A DNA stretch of 61,844 bases, filler included. It is 5 parts of 5 records of this genome, joined end to end, with 100 filler letters (N's around TTAATTAATTAA, not from the genome) between each part and the next. Parts side by side here need not be neighbours in the genome. Positions count along the whole stretch, not along the records: positions 46,845 to 61,844 come from SRR20825010_3418; 4 more parts are not named here. One strand, written 5' to 3'. Position 1 is the first letter of the stretch. Every line of letters begins with the position of its first letter. Under the pieces are notes generated by a model, which was given only the letters and a program-made list of their open reading frames with translations, was not told the DNA's origin and searched no databases. Both the position numbers and the translations under genes were made by a program. Shown one piece after another: positions 50,662 to 61,366 of the stretch.

Positions 50662-52722
50662 TCAGGCGTAGAACAGCAGTGGCACAAACGCTACCAGTAC
50701 CAGTGAAATGCCCATGGCAATCAGTGGCATGATGATACGCTCGTGGCGCTGGTAGAAGGTGCCCTCTTCCTGCTGTGCCGCCAGCACTTCCGCTTCCCCG
50801 ACAACCTGCCTCGTCAACAGGTGGTTTAGCGCCACCGGCGGGCTCAGGTAACCCAGCTCGAAGGCGACCAGGGTCACCATCCAGAAGTGAATCGGGTGTA
50901 TGCCACTGCTGTAGGCGATGGTGGCCACGGTGGCGGTCACCAGGATAACGGCGCCGAAGGCGTCCATGATCATGCCCAACACCACCAGGATCAGCACCAT
51001 CAGCAGCATGGCAGACCAGGCACTGTCGAATGCCTGGGGGAAGGTTCCCATAATATGGGAGCGTTCGATCACCCCGCCGATACTGACCGACAAACCCAGC
51101 AGCAGCAACAGCGCGCCGATTTCCGCCGTGGTGTCGTTGGTGGCCGAGCGCAAGCTGCGTTCCAGGCCCTGGTGATTGATCTCGCCACTGGCCCGGCCTT
51201 TGCGGTTTTTCAGGCTGACATGTTCGTACAGCAGGATGGCCAGCATGATCACCGGTAACAGCCGAGGGGCAGAGAATTCATCCATCTGCACATCCAGTGC
51301 AAAACGGTACAGCAGTACCACCGCAGCGATGACCAGCGCATAAGGGATCAGATGCTTCAACGCTGACATCATGGGTGGAAAGGCCGTGGAGGCCGGAGCC
51401 AGATTGAACTTGCTCTGACGGTTCACCGTGAGGGCCACCACCGTGAACATGGTCGCGGTGAGCACGAACACCCATATACCCCAACCAAACAACTCGTCGG
51501 TGGTGACTTCCCGGTTCAGGTAGGCAATGACCACCACCAGCAGGCAGGGCCGCAGGACCACACCCATGGACCCGGACATGGCGGTTGCCGCCAGGGCCAG
51601 ATGACGGCGGGCGCCGGCAGCGCGTAGTTCGCTGTAAATAACCGCGCCGGCCGCAATGACAAAGATCCCCGACGCGCCAGTGTAGGCAGTGGGCACCGCC
51701 GCCACCAGCACCGCTACAACAGCAAGCATTTCAGGTGGCATACGCCAGGGCCGGAAGACATTGAACACCAGGGTGGCCAGGCGCGTCTGCTTCAGCATCA
51801 TGCCTACCCACACGTAAAGCCCGACGTTCAGGAACATGTCGGAGAGCTCCATCATTTTGCCCAGATAGATACCGATACCGGAGGCGTGACCAATCAGCGC
51901 AAAGTAAGTCCCCGAGATAAGGCACATGACGGTATAGAGAGGCACCGCCAGGAAGGCCTTGTTCAGATCGCCGCCTTCCCTCAGGTCATCCGGCACCCTG
52001 ACAAGCCGATACAGGCTGGTGAGCGTCAACGCCGCGAAACCGGTAATCCACAGGTTATGGAGCAACAGCTCATCGGACGACATGGTGGTGTCGGCGCCAA
52101 AACTGGACTGGCGGAAGATCACGCTGGACCCCAGGAGCATGGCATTGGCGACGGTCTGCAGCGTGTGGGAAACCATGTAGTCCAGGCGGGTTTCCATGGC
52201 CCGCATGGCAATGTGGTGGCGAGTCAGGGTGGCGGTCACCGCGCACAGCATTACCAGGATCACCAGTATGTAGCGCTGGGACTCCAGGCCGAAGGCAATC
52301 AGGTCGGCCACAAACAGCTCCACTGCCCGGTAGGCTTTTACGCCGGGAGTAAGCTTGTCTTTGAGGTTCTCGTAACTCTGGTAGCTCTGGCGGCAATCCG
52401 CCACCGAACGTTCAATGGCCAGGCGAACTTCATCCGGGTCCTTTTCCGACTCTCCCAGCAGGGCCGCCATGGGATTGTCGGAGCCCTCTTTCGCCAACTC
52501 TTCCTGAACGGCGGCGTCGATGTCCACGTTCGGGTCACAGGTGGGTTGTACCGGGTCGACTCTCAGCTTGTAGTAGCCGCTCCACAATTGCTCGCCGCCA
52601 CGCAGCATCTGATTGTGGATGTCGCTACTGGTGGAGAACAGCACCACCGACAGCAAAAGCAGACAGGCCGGCAGAGAGGACAACCACTCCAACCCATTAC
52701 GTCGAAAACCACCCTGGGACAT
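50662..52722 (-). CDS. Atypical TRAP transporter large permease (DctM-like with long N-terminal extension)
   Basis: Polytopic; AMSGSMGVVLRP, LGMIMDAFGA, GIHPIHFW, ELGYLSPPVALN. Confidence 0.8.
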   Translation of the reverse strand: MSQGGFRRNGLEWLSSLPACLLLLSVVLFSTSSDIHNQMLRGGEQLWSGYYKLRVDPVQPTCDPNVDIDAAVQEELAKEGSDNPMAALLGESEKDPDEVRLAIERSVADCRQSYQSYENLKDKLTPGVKAYRAVELFVADLIAFGLESQRYILVILVMLCAVTATLTRHHIAMRAMETRLDYMVSHTLQTVANAMLLGSSVIFRQSSFGADTTMSSDELLLHNLWITGFAALTLTSLYRLVRVPDDLREGGDLNKAFLAVPLYTVMCLISGTYFALIGHASGIGIYLGKMMELSDMFLNVGLYVWVGMMLKQTRLATLVFNVFRPWRMPPEMLAVVAVLVAAVPTAYTGASGIFVIAAGAVIYSELRAAGARRHLALAATAMSGSMGVVLRPCLLVVVIAYLNREVTTDELFGWGIWVFVLTATMFTVVALTVNRQSKFNLAPASTAFPPMMSALKHLIPYALVIAAVVLLYRFALDVQMDEFSAPRLLPVIMLAILLYEHVSLKNRKGRASGEINHQGLERSLRSATNDTTAEIGALLLLLGLSVSIGGVIERSHIMGTFPQAFDSAWSAMLLMVLILVVLGMIMDAFGAVILVTATVATIAYSSGIHPIHFWMVTLVAFELGYLSPPVALNHLLTRQVVGEAEVLAAQQEEGTFYQRHERIIMPLIAMGISLVLVAFVPLLFYA

Positions 52723-52747
52723 AACAGCTCACTCTGGGAACATTGAT

Positions 52748-53812
52748 TTACAGCAGATCGTCCAGATCCATGGTTTCGACCGCTTCCTTCTCGTCGTCCC
52801 AGAAGGTACCCAGTTGCCCCATGGGCGTCCGGTGCCCGGTATTTTCCATCCACAGCCGATCGGAGATCGCCACAATCATGTCCGTGGCCATCGCATCGAC
52901 AAAGACCCACTCCTCGTTCGCTGGTGTTTCCTCGATGGCCTGAGCGTGGCTACGGATCACATCGCGAAGGCGTTCTTCGTCACCTTTGTTCTGGGCCGCG
53001 ATGGCGTGGAACACGTGGCTGATCCTGACACCGGCTTCCTCGCCCTGCGCGTCGGCAATTTCCAGCCGCTCAAAAGGATCCTCGCCCTCTGGCAGTGCGC
53101 CAGGAATCATTGCCCAGACCGTCGCACGCAGTGCCATGGGAGCCCCCCACCATTTGTCGTTTTCCAGACAACGGGTCGCGCGAGAAACCGTGGAGCCGAT
53201 GTTCTTGGGGACGCCAATGGACGAGGTGGACTGAATTTCAGCATTCAGGGCCTGCAAGCCCGACAACAAGCCCGCCATGTAGATGAACTCGCCCAGGTCG
53301 TCATCGAAATCAGGGCACTCACCTGCATCGGGTTTGCCATAGAAGGCGTTATGGTGCTTCCAGCCCCGGTGATAGCGTTTGGCGGCCAGGGAAAGCGCGC
53401 GCTTCTGGCGAATCATGGCGTCTTCCGCTTCTTCCGCGTCCATCGCACGCAGGGCGGCCAGACCATCCAGTTCGTGTTCCCGTGCCTGCTCCTCTGCACA
53501 CCCGCCAGCCGAGAGGTACAGCATCACCGCCAGTTGGTCAGGTTCACTGGTAACCCGGCCAAAAGACATCAGCAGGGGCGCGGTGGCCTCACTCATGGCG
53601 CACCCCATGGCGAGGTCGTCACTTTCCAGTAGATAGGGCACGGTGTGATTGCGGGAAAAGCCCTGCATCACGTCGCCGGTGGTTTTATAGATCATGTTGT
53701 TGACGACACCACAACCACTCAAAACCACACTGGCAAGCACAGCGGCCATTGCACTACGGAAACGTGTATTGCCCCGATGAGCCTGACTGACAGGTTTCTG
53801 AATACTCGTCAT
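52748..53812 (-). CDS. Helical lipoprotein, TatT-like (inferred)
   Basis: Lipobox LSGC; Ala/Glu-rich helical pattern; 25 nt upstream of the TRAP permease. Confidence 0.55.
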   Translation of the reverse strand: MTSIQKPVSQAHRGNTRFRSAMAAVLASVVLSGCGVVNNMIYKTTGDVMQGFSRNHTVPYLLESDDLAMGCAMSEATAPLLMSFGRVTSEPDQLAVMLYLSAGGCAEEQAREHELDGLAALRAMDAEEAEDAMIRQKRALSLAAKRYHRGWKHHNAFYGKPDAGECPDFDDDLGEFIYMAGLLSGLQALNAEIQSTSSIGVPKNIGSTVSRATRCLENDKWWGAPMALRATVWAMIPGALPEGEDPFERLEIADAQGEEAGVRISHVFHAIAAQNKGDEERLRDVIRSHAQAIEETPANEEWVFVDAMATDMIVAISDRLWMENTGHRTPMGQLGTFWDDEKEAVETMDLDDLL

Positions 53813-54102
53813 AACGTTGTACCTTCTACTCTTCTGCGTTTTTGTTGTTCGGAGCGTTGGTTCAGAACCGGAGTGTCACCAGGCCAGGGCCGCACTCACA
53901 ATCTGTTACGGTTTGTAACCGAATCGGCATTATCGCCGACAACTCCCTGTTTTTATGAGACACATCCCGCAAATGGAAACGGCGCTTCAAATGCATTTCA
54001 ATTGCCGGTTTGCACATTGGCCCGCAAACCGCTATAGCTTTGATCAGCCGACGGCGTCGCATCCGTCGGCCAGTGACCAAAAACGACAAAAAGGAGTACC
54101 TG

Positions 54103-54375
54103 ATGCGCAAACCTGAACTTGCCGCCGCCGTTGCGGATAAAACCGGACTGTCCCGGGACAAAGCCAGCGAAGTCATTACCGCTGTTACTGACCAGATCTC
54201 CGCCGCCGCGGCCCGTGGCGAAGACACCACTCTGATAGGCTTCGGCACCTTCAACATCCGCAGCCGTGAGGCTCGGGATGGCCGTAACCCTCAAACGGGT
54301 GCAACCATCAAGATACCCGCCAGCAAAACTGTCGGCTTCAAGGCAGGTAAGGCACTGAAAGACTCCATCCGTTAA
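54103..54375 (+). CDS. hupA: Histone-like DNA-binding protein HU
   Basis: MRKPELAAAVA, IGFGTF, GRNPQTG, FKAGKALK; AAGGAG RBS. Confidence 0.93.
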   Translation: MRKPELAAAVADKTGLSRDKASEVITAVTDQISAAAARGEDTTLIGFGTFNIRSREARDGRNPQTGATIKIPASKTVGFKAGKALKDSIR

Positions 54376-54385
54376 AGCGATAACC

Positions 54386-54406
54386 GGGGCCCGCCCGGGC
54401 CCCTTT
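54386..54406. terminator. GC-rich hairpin terminator between convergent genes
   Basis: GGGGCCC-GCCC-GGGCCCC followed by TTT. Confidence 0.65.
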
Positions 54407-54416
54407 CATTGTCGGC

Positions 54417-55436
54417 TCAGGAGGCGCACTCGGAACGGGCACCGTCCACCCGGCAGCGAATCGCCTTCATCAGACTGATCGCACGCTCGTCGTAGACACC
54501 ATCTTCCAGCAACGACAACCGCACCTTGCGCAGCATCTTGTCGTATTCGGCAACGTCTTCCTGTGGCGGATGCATCCAGATGTCGTCGGGGATACCGGCT
54601 TCGGCTTCGGCAATGATTTCATAGGCCTCGTCAATACGCTTGATGGCCTGGTCACGCACCATCTGGCCGGCGTCGTCCGGGAAGCGGTCGCGGTGGATGA
54701 TCACCTGGAAGTTCATATAGGCCAGGGCGTACTTGAATACGCCACCGTTCGGGTTCACGCCCTTGTAGAGTTCCAGGGGCGAATAAGCAACCGCCGGAGC
54801 GTAGGCCAGGTCAACACTGCCGTTGTTGAATTTGCCAGCAAAGTTGGCGGAGTTGGAGCCCACTACAGATGCCCCTACGTGGCGCACCATGCGCACGGAC
54901 GCGGTATCGAAATCCAGCGTGGCAATGCGCTTGCCCTGCAGCTTTTCCACTGAATCAATGGCCCGATCCCGGGTGTGGAGATACACCGCGCCACCAGGAA
55001 ATACGCCAGCCACTTCGTAGTCACCGTCAATCAGGAACGGGCGTGCCTTTTCCTGGCTGAGGGTGTTGTACAGCAGCCGCATTTCCTCCTCACCGGGCAC
55101 AGCGCCCATGGCTTCCAGGGTGCCGGTAAACTTGTTGAATTCGCGGGCACGGGTACCGGTGAGCAAAACCGCATCGCACTGCCCGGCCTTGAAATCCTCG
55201 GCCGCGACTTTCTCGTCGGTATAAGCACGCAGGTCCAGCTTGATACCTTCCTTAAGGGCTACCGGCTGGAAGGTTTTGGTAATGGCAAACAGGGGACCGT
55301 TGGCACCGACCGGATCAAACACACAGAAGCTTCGCTCCATGATGTCTGATTCCGCCTGGACGAACGGCGACAACGCAAGAGTGGCACACAGGGCTGCCAC
55401 CGCAGTGGCCTTTCGCGGGAGGTTGACTGATTTCAC
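54417..55436 (-). CDS. Periplasmic putative solute-binding protein (DUF6091/AdeT-like, DctP-like)
   Basis: Signal peptide; CVFDPVGANG, AYTDEKVAAEDFKAGQCD, LQGKRIATLDFD, FAGKFNNG, PLELYKG; GTG start after AGGAG. Confidence 0.75.
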   Translation of the reverse strand: MKSVNLPRKATAVAALCATLALSPFVQAESDIMERSFCVFDPVGANGPLFAITKTFQPVALKEGIKLDLRAYTDEKVAAEDFKAGQCDAVLLTGTRAREFNKFTGTLEAMGAVPGEEEMRLLYNTLSQEKARPFLIDGDYEVAGVFPGGAVYLHTRDRAIDSVEKLQGKRIATLDFDTASVRMVRHVGASVVGSNSANFAGKFNNGSVDLAYAPAVAYSPLELYKGVNPNGGVFKYALAYMNFQVIIHRDRFPDDAGQMVRDQAIKRIDEAYEIIAEAEAGIPDDIWMHPPQEDVAEYDKMLRKVRLSLLEDGVYDERAISLMKAIRCRVDGARSECAS

Positions 55437-55661
55437 GGGGATGACTCCTGAATTATTATTGTTGGGCGACGGCACATCCACATGTGCACAGGTCACCGCA
55501 TTCCTTCGCCGAGACTATGCCGGCGATGGTAAGAATACGTTGGCACAGGTGCCTGTCTTCAAGGGCTCTGGGGCAAAAAGGTAAGGAACTGTGACGGGCT
55601 CGACAGAGGTTACGCAACCTCTGCCACACTTTGCCAACATGAAGCGATATGAAGGCGGGAG

Positions 55662-56933
55662 CTACAGGTCAGATTGAGACCACGCCTGCCGCCCATCGCA
55701 CAGAGTCAGGCGAACAACGCCCGGGAGGGCCTTTCCTGGCAGCGGCACATGACGCCCAACAGAGCTGAGGCTGCTGTCGTTGGGAACCCAGGTGGCATCG
55801 GGGTCAAACACACAAAGGTCTGCAACCGCACCCTGCCGGAGCTCGGCAGAACGGCCAATCACTTCAGCCGGGCCACCAGTCAGCGAGCGGATCAGGCTAG
55901 CCATGTCCAGCTCGCCACGTTCGACCAGCAACAACCCCATAGACAGCGTGCTTTCGATGGTGGACAGGCCCGGTTCCGTCGCCGCCAAAGGCGCCTGTTT
56001 GGCAGCGGAATCGTGGGGCTGGTGCTGGCTGGTGATGGCGTCGATCACGCCATCCCGCACACCGCCCAGCAACGCCTGGCGGTCTTTTTCAGAGCGCAGT
56101 GGCGGTCGCACGTGATAGCGGCTGTCGAATCCTGACAGGGCGTCCTCGGTGAACATCAACTGGTGCATGGCCACATCGGCGGTCACTGCAATGCCACGCT
56201 TGCGGGCATCGGCCAGCATTTCCACGCTGCGGGCACAGGAAAGCTGGCCAAGGTGCAGTCGAACCCCGGTTTCCTCCGCCAGCAACAGCATTTCCATGAT
56301 CGCGGCGGTTTCCGCCACCTCCGGGATACCCAGCAGGCCCAACCGCGAAGCCACCAGGCCGTCGTGGGCGTAGCCGTCCGCTGCCAGCGCCTGGTTCTCG
56401 GGGCTGAACATCACCGTCAGGCCAAATGTCCGGGCATAGGCCATACAACGGCGCAACACTCTGGCATTTTTCACCGGGCGGGCTCCATTGCCCAGTGCGA
56501 TACAGCCAGCACCGGCCAGGCCGGCCATGTCACTGAGCAGTTCGCCTTCCAGGCCACGGGTTATTGCGCCAACCGGCAATACCCGCACCGAAGAGCGCTT
56601 CGCGGCCACGTCCAGGATCAGGTTGGTCACCGCGCCGGAGTCATTGACCGGCGAGGTGTCCGGTGAGGCACACAGGGTTGTGAAGCCGCCATGAGCGGCG
56701 GCGAGGCTTTCCGAGGCAATATTGCCTTTCTGGCCGTTGCCCGGCTCACGCAGGTTGCAGCACAGATCCACAAATCCGGGTGTCAGGAGGCAGCCTGTGG
56801 CGTCAAAATCGTGGTCGGCGGGTTCCTTTTCGGCCGCTTCACCCAGGGCGGCGATTCGCCCGTCACGGACCAGAACGGTGGTTTCAGCGTTGGTGTCGGC
56901 CAGGCGGCCACCGATAATCTTAAGGATGCTCAT
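55662..56933 (-). CDS. pyrC': Dihydroorotase-like protein, probably the inactive PyrC' subunit of ATCase
   Basis: [14 protein letters not shown] lacks the HxH metal ligands; overlaps pyrB. Confidence 0.88.
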   Translation of the reverse strand: MSILKIIGGRLADTNAETTVLVRDGRIAALGEAAEKEPADHDFDATGCLLTPGFVDLCCNLREPGNGQKGNIASESLAAAHGGFTTLCASPDTSPVNDSGAVTNLILDVAAKRSSVRVLPVGAITRGLEGELLSDMAGLAGAGCIALGNGARPVKNARVLRRCMAYARTFGLTVMFSPENQALAADGYAHDGLVASRLGLLGIPEVAETAAIMEMLLLAEETGVRLHLGQLSCARSVEMLADARKRGIAVTADVAMHQLMFTEDALSGFDSRYHVRPPLRSEKDRQALLGGVRDGVIDAITSQHQPHDSAAKQAPLAATEPGLSTIESTLSMGLLLVERGELDMASLIRSLTGGPAEVIGRSAELRQGAVADLCVFDPDATWVPNDSSLSSVGRHVPLPGKALPGVVRLTLCDGRQAWSQSDL

Positions 56934-57943
56934 CCCTGGGCCCTCCCCGCCAGTTTGCGACTGCGCTCGGCCATCTGACCTCCCATGGCCATGGACATCA
57001 CCGCCATACGAATGGCGATACCGTTAGTGACCTGATTGAGGATCACGGATTGTGGCCCGTCGGCGACTGCGGACTCGATTTCCACACCCCGGTTGATCGG
57101 CCCCGGGTGCATGACGATGCATTCAGGATGGGCCAGCGCCAACTTCTCCTGATTCAGGCCGTAGAGCCGGTAAAACTCGCGTTCGCTGGGCAGCAGTGCA
57201 CCCTCCATGCGCTCTTTCTGAAGGCGCAGCATGATCACCACGTCCAGATCCTTCATACCCCGGGTCATGTCATATTCCACAGTGCACCCCAGGCTCTCAA
57301 CGTCCCTTGGTAGCAGGGTGGCGGGCGCAATAACGCGCACTTCAGCGGCGCCCAGTTCATTCAGGGCACGAATCTGGGAACGGGCCACCCTCGAGTGCAG
57401 CACATCACCGACAATCGCCACTTTCAGGCCTTCAAATCCGCCCTTGTGCTGGCGAATGGTGAGCATGTCCAGCATGGCCTGGGTTGGGTGGGCGTGGCGG
57501 CCGTCGCCGGCATTAATGATGGCAACTCCAGGGGTAACGCTCTCGGCGATAAAATGGGGGGCACCACTCTGGGAGTGGCGCACCACGAACATATCGCTGG
57601 CCATGGCTTCCAGGTTCAGCAGTGTGTCCGACAAGGATTCGCCCTTGGACGTTGCGGACGTGTTGATGTCCAGATTGAGCACGTCGGCGGACAGCCGTTT
57701 GGCGGCCAGTTCGAAGGTGCTGCGGGTGCGGGTACTGGATTCGAAGAACAGGTTGACCACGGTGCGACCCCGCAGCAGTGGCACCTTCTTGATGCTGCGC
57801 TCCCCCACTTCGATAAACGAATCCGCGGTATCCAGGATTTCCGTCAGCAGCGCGCGGTTCAGACCGTCGAGGGTCAGGAAATGGCGTAACTGGCCGTCCG
57901 CGGTCAGCTGCAGGGAGGTTTGTGAGGGATCGGTTGCCGTCAT
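56930..57943 (-). CDS. pyrB: Aspartate carbamoyltransferase catalytic subunit
   Basis: [32 protein letters not shown]. Confidence 0.97.
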   Translation of the reverse strand: MTATDPSQTSLQLTADGQLRHFLTLDGLNRALLTEILDTADSFIEVGERSIKKVPLLRGRTVVNLFFESSTRTRSTFELAAKRLSADVLNLDINTSATSKGESLSDTLLNLEAMASDMFVVRHSQSGAPHFIAESVTPGVAIINAGDGRHAHPTQAMLDMLTIRQHKGGFEGLKVAIVGDVLHSRVARSQIRALNELGAAEVRVIAPATLLPRDVESLGCTVEYDMTRGMKDLDVVIMLRLQKERMEGALLPSEREFYRLYGLNQEKLALAHPECIVMHPGPINRGVEIESAVADGPQSVILNQVTNGIAIRMAVMSMAMGGQMAERSRKLAGRAQG

Positions 57944-57974
57944 GGGTCGCCTGTTGATGTTATGCGTTCGCTGA

Positions 57975-58484
57975 TTAGTGGCCTGTTTCCTGGAGTTCTA
58001 TGTGCAGTGGGTCCGGCCCGCGCAGTTTGACACGCTGATGCGACTGCAGGGCAAGCACCCGTCCGGTTACATCTGGCTGAACGGGTAGCTCCCGAGCGCC
58101 CAGATCCACCAACGTGGCGAGGATGATACTCGCCGGCCGGCCATAATCGAAGATTTCATTCATGGCCGCGCGAATGGTACGGCCGCTCATGATCACGTCA
58201 TCGATCAGGATAATGTCTCGGTCTTCGGTGCTGAACGGCAGGCTGGAGGGCTTCACTTTCGGGTTCAGCCCTATGCGGCTGAAGTCGTCACGGTAGAAGG
58301 AAATATCCAGTTCCCCCCAGGGTTCCTGGAGACCCAGGCGTTTACTCATGACATCCGCCAGCCAGACACCACCGGTACGAATGCCAATGAGCGCCGGGGA
58401 GGTTACGCCCCGCTCTTCCAGTTTCTTGCGCAGGCCAGCTTCCAGGTCATCCAGCAGCCGGTCGATTTCAAGCAATGCAGTCAT
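57975..58484 (-). CDS. pyrR: PyrR, uracil phosphoribosyltransferase-like regulator
   Basis: [34 protein letters not shown]. Confidence 0.95.
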   Translation of the reverse strand: MTALLEIDRLLDDLEAGLRKKLEERGVTSPALIGIRTGGVWLADVMSKRLGLQEPWGELDISFYRDDFSRIGLNPKVKPSSLPFSTEDRDIILIDDVIMSGRTIRAAMNEIFDYGRPASIILATLVDLGARELPVQPDVTGRVLALQSHQRVKLRGPDPLHIELQETGH

Positions 58485-58516
58485 TTAAATCCCCATAGTC
58501 AGCAGCCCGGGCCCGG

Positions 58517-58957
58517 TCAGGACGAACGAGACTCCTGCTGGTGAAACCAGGTTTCCAGAATCAGAACGGCGGCGCGGTCATCGACGCCATCGCGACCGAA
58601 ATCACGGCTGCCACCGGACGCCATTACATCGCCCTTGGCCTCAAAACTGGTGAGACGTTCGTCCACCATCTCAACCTCGACGTGAAAGCGACCATGCAGG
58701 CGTTTGCCAAATTTCCGCGCCCGTGCACACATGTCATTTTCAGTGTCATCCATGTTCAGGGGCAGGCCGACCAGCACCCGGTCCGGCTGCCATTCTTTCA
58801 ACAGCCGACCAATCTGTTCCCAGTCGGGAACCCCATCACGGGCCGGCAGCATGGTCAGAGGCTTGCCAGTCCCCAGAATTTCCTGACCACTGGCCACACC
58901 GATCCGGCGGGTACCGAAATCAAACGCCATTACACGCCGGTTGCCAGCCTCAGGCAT
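58517..58957 (-). CDS. yqgF: YqgF/RuvX nuclease
   Basis: AFDFGTRRIGVA, VGLPLNMD, DERLTS, AA.LILE. Confidence 0.95.
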   Translation of the reverse strand: MPEAGNRRVMAFDFGTRRIGVASGQEILGTGKPLTMLPARDGVPDWEQIGRLLKEWQPDRVLVGLPLNMDDTENDMCARARKFGKRLHGRFHVEVEMVDERLTSFEAKGDVMASGGSRDFGRDGVDDRAAVLILETWFHQQESRSS

Positions 58958-59516
58958 GGCCCACAAACTCACTGAGCTGGTTGAGATCAATGCCAATAAG
59001 CTTGAGCACGGCCTGATACCGGTCTTCCCAGGGTGTCCTGAACAGGATATCGGCGGTGGCGGGGCAGGTCAGCCAGGCGTTGCTGGAGAGCTCTTCTTCC
59101 AGCTGTCCCTCACTCCAGCCGGCATAGCCCAGGCACACCAGGTAACTCTTCGGCCCCCTGCCTGCACCAATGTCAGACAGCACGTCACGGGAGGTGGTCA
59201 GCAAGACGTCGTCAGCCACCTGCGCAGTGTTCTGCCAGCCTGCGTCCGGGGAATGCAGCACAAACCCGCGCTCGGGCTGAACCGGGCCGCCTCCGTATAC
59301 TGGCACGTCGAGCTCGCCACCCTCCATGTCCAGCTGCTCCAGAATTTCCCCCAGGTGGATGTCCAGAGGGTGGTTCACCGTCAGCCCCAGGGCGCCTTCA
59401 TCCGAATGCTCGCACAGATAGATCACTGCACCGTGGAAACGTGGATCCTGCAAATAAGGAGACGCCACCAGAAACTGGTGCCGCAGACTGTGTGGAGAGT
59501 GTTTTGATGCTGTCAT
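58950..59516 (-). CDS. algH: YqgE/AlgH family protein
   Basis: LCEHSDEGALGL, GGPV..ERGFVLH, LGYAGW..GQLE, GHA C-terminus. Confidence 0.95.
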   Translation of the reverse strand: MTASKHSPHSLRHQFLVASPYLQDPRFHGAVIYLCEHSDEGALGLTVNHPLDIHLGEILEQLDMEGGELDVPVYGGGPVQPERGFVLHSPDAGWQNTAQVADDVLLTTSRDVLSDIGAGRGPKSYLVCLGYAGWSEGQLEEELSSNAWLTCPATADILFRTPWEDRYQAVLKLIGIDLNQLSEFVGHA

Positions 59517-60379
59517 CCCGATGTCAGCCCCCGCCGTTCGAATACCCAGGTGCGGATAATTTCCAGTTCATCGACATTCTCTCGCATCTCATCCGGGAAA
59601 GGCGCGAAAGGTGCTGCCATTCTCACGATGCGTATTGCCGCATCATCAAGCACACTACTGCCGGATGATTCGAGTATAGCCAGTTCCTTTATTGTGCCAT
59701 CCTCCCTCATGGAAACCAGCATCCGCAGAGTGCCATAGATTCCGGCTCGCCTGGCCTCGGTAGGATAGTTGATATTGCCGACACGGGTTACCTTGCTGAC
59801 CCAGTTCTGAACGTACCAGGCGTTGGTCGATTTCAACGTCGAGGCCGCGGTTACCCGCATGACCCGGGGTTTCTTGGCGTAGGCCCTGCGCTGCTGATCA
59901 AACCGCGCCTCCAGACTGGCAATTTCCAGGCTGCGCTCCATCAGGCTTTTCTTTTCCTTCACCGGTAGCGGCTCTTCCGATGTTGGTTCCGCTGCCGAGG
60001 GCTTTGATACCTGGCGTTCATTCTGAGCCTGTGTCTGCACCACCGGCTGTTCCTGTTCTTGCCTGGGCTCAACACGAGACGGAGGTTCCGGCTGAATCTC
60101 AGCGACCTCCGGCTGGCTGACGTCGGAAGGCTGCGGCGTGGTCATTTCCACCGGCTCATCCTCGGTACCACTGCCTTTCTGGCTGGTCTGGGCCAGGAAA
60201 TCAGCCTCCTCCGGATCGGTTTCGTCGTCAAACTGGGAAAGTGTGATTTCCATGGTCTGAGCCGAGGAGCGGGGAGACTCGGGCGCAAAGGTAATACCCA
60301 GCACCACGATGGCGTGGAGCGCCAGCGCCATGAAGAGCGTGAACGAAAACCGATCAAAATCGCTGACCTGTACTGCCAT
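59513..60379 (-). CDS. tonB: Energy transducer TonB (TonB3-like by synteny)
   Basis: N-terminal TM with His, Pro/Glu/Gln-rich linker, YP.EARR, SSG..VLD.AA. Confidence 0.85.
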   Translation of the reverse strand: MAVQVSDFDRFSFTLFMALALHAIVVLGITFAPESPRSSAQTMEITLSQFDDETDPEEADFLAQTSQKGSGTEDEPVEMTTPQPSDVSQPEVAEIQPEPPSRVEPRQEQEQPVVQTQAQNERQVSKPSAAEPTSEEPLPVKEKKSLMERSLEIASLEARFDQQRRAYAKKPRVMRVTAASTLKSTNAWYVQNWVSKVTRVGNINYPTEARRAGIYGTLRMLVSMREDGTIKELAILESSGSSVLDDAAIRIVRMAAPFAPFPDEMRENVDELEIIRTWVFERRGLTSG

Positions 60380-60418
60380 TCCTGCTATTTACCCTCGGTT
60401 AGACCTGGCTGGAGGTCA

Positions 60419-61366
60419 TTATTTCAGACGGCGCTCGATGGCATCCAGCAACTGGCTGGAAATATCGATGTCGTAGGCGGCATCCAGTTCCCGAATACAG
60501 GTGGGACTGGTGACATTGATTTCAGTGAGGTAGTCACCGATGACGTCGATGCCGACAAAAATGAGCCCTTTTTCCTTGAGCACTGGCGCCACACGGTCAC
60601 AGATCTCCCGATCGCGTACCGTGAGTTCACGACCCTCTCCTCGCCCGCCAGCGGCCAGGTTTCCACGATTTTCACCCTGCGAGGGGATACGCGCAAGCGC
60701 GTAGGGAATCGGCTCGCCGTCGATCAGCAGGATGCGTTTATCGCCCTGCTTGATCTCGGGTATGTATTTCTGCGCCATGGCCTGGTGGGCGCCATAGTTG
60801 GTCAGGGTTTCAATAATCACCCCAAGGTTGTCGTCGTTTTCCTTGACCCGGAAGATGGAGCGCCCGCCCATACCGTCCACCGGTTTCATGATGACATCAC
60901 CATGCTCGGCGTAGAATTCCTTGAGTCGCTCAGCCGAGCGGGTAACGATCAACGGCGGCGTGCAGTCCTCAAACTGGGCGGCGAACAGCTTTTCGTTACA
61001 ATCCCGCAGCGTGGAAGCCGGATTGACCACCAGGGCGCCCTGCTGCTCGGCAATTTCCAGAATGAACGTGGCCATCAGGAACTCCCGGTCCACCGGTGGG
61101 TCCTGACGCATCAGGATGACGTCAAGATCACCAAGCGCCCGGTCCTGGGCGCCACCAAAACCGAACCAGTCTTGTGGGTCCAGGTGTACGGTCAGGTCAC
61201 GGGTTCGCGCCCTCGCCTGTCCGCCCTTGAGGTACAGGTCCGGTAGCTCCATGTACTCGATTTCCCAGCCCCGCTTCTGCGCCGCCAGCAACATGGCCAG
61301 AGAGCTGTCTTTCTTGAAATGGATCTTTTCGATGGGGTCCATCACGATGCCGAGTCGGACTGTCAT
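60419..61366 (-). CDS. gshB: Glutathione synthetase
   Basis: IVMDP, KKDSS, MRQDPP, NEKL, DGMGG, RGNLAAGG, TEINVTSPTC. Confidence 0.97.
   Translation of the reverse strand: MTVRLGIVMDPIEKIHFKKDSSLAMLLAAQKRGWEIEYMELPDLYLKGGQARARTRDLTVHLDPQDWFGFGGAQDRALGDLDVILMRQDPPVDREFLMATFILEIAEQQGALVVNPASTLRDCNEKLFAAQFEDCTPPLIVTRSAERLKEFYAEHGDVIMKPVDGMGGRSIFRVKENDDNLGVIIETLTNYGAHQAMAQKYIPEIKQGDKRILLIDGEPIPYALARIPSQGENRGNLAAGGRGEGRELTVRDREICDRVAPVLKEKGLIFVGIDVIGDYLTEINVTSPTCIRELDAAYDIDISSQLLDAIERRLK

Noticed and set aside
55662-56933. Dihydroorotase lacking metal-binding His as a pseudogene or novelty
   Set aside because: Intact ORF; the inactive PyrC' partner of PyrB is well known in pseudomonad-type ATCases
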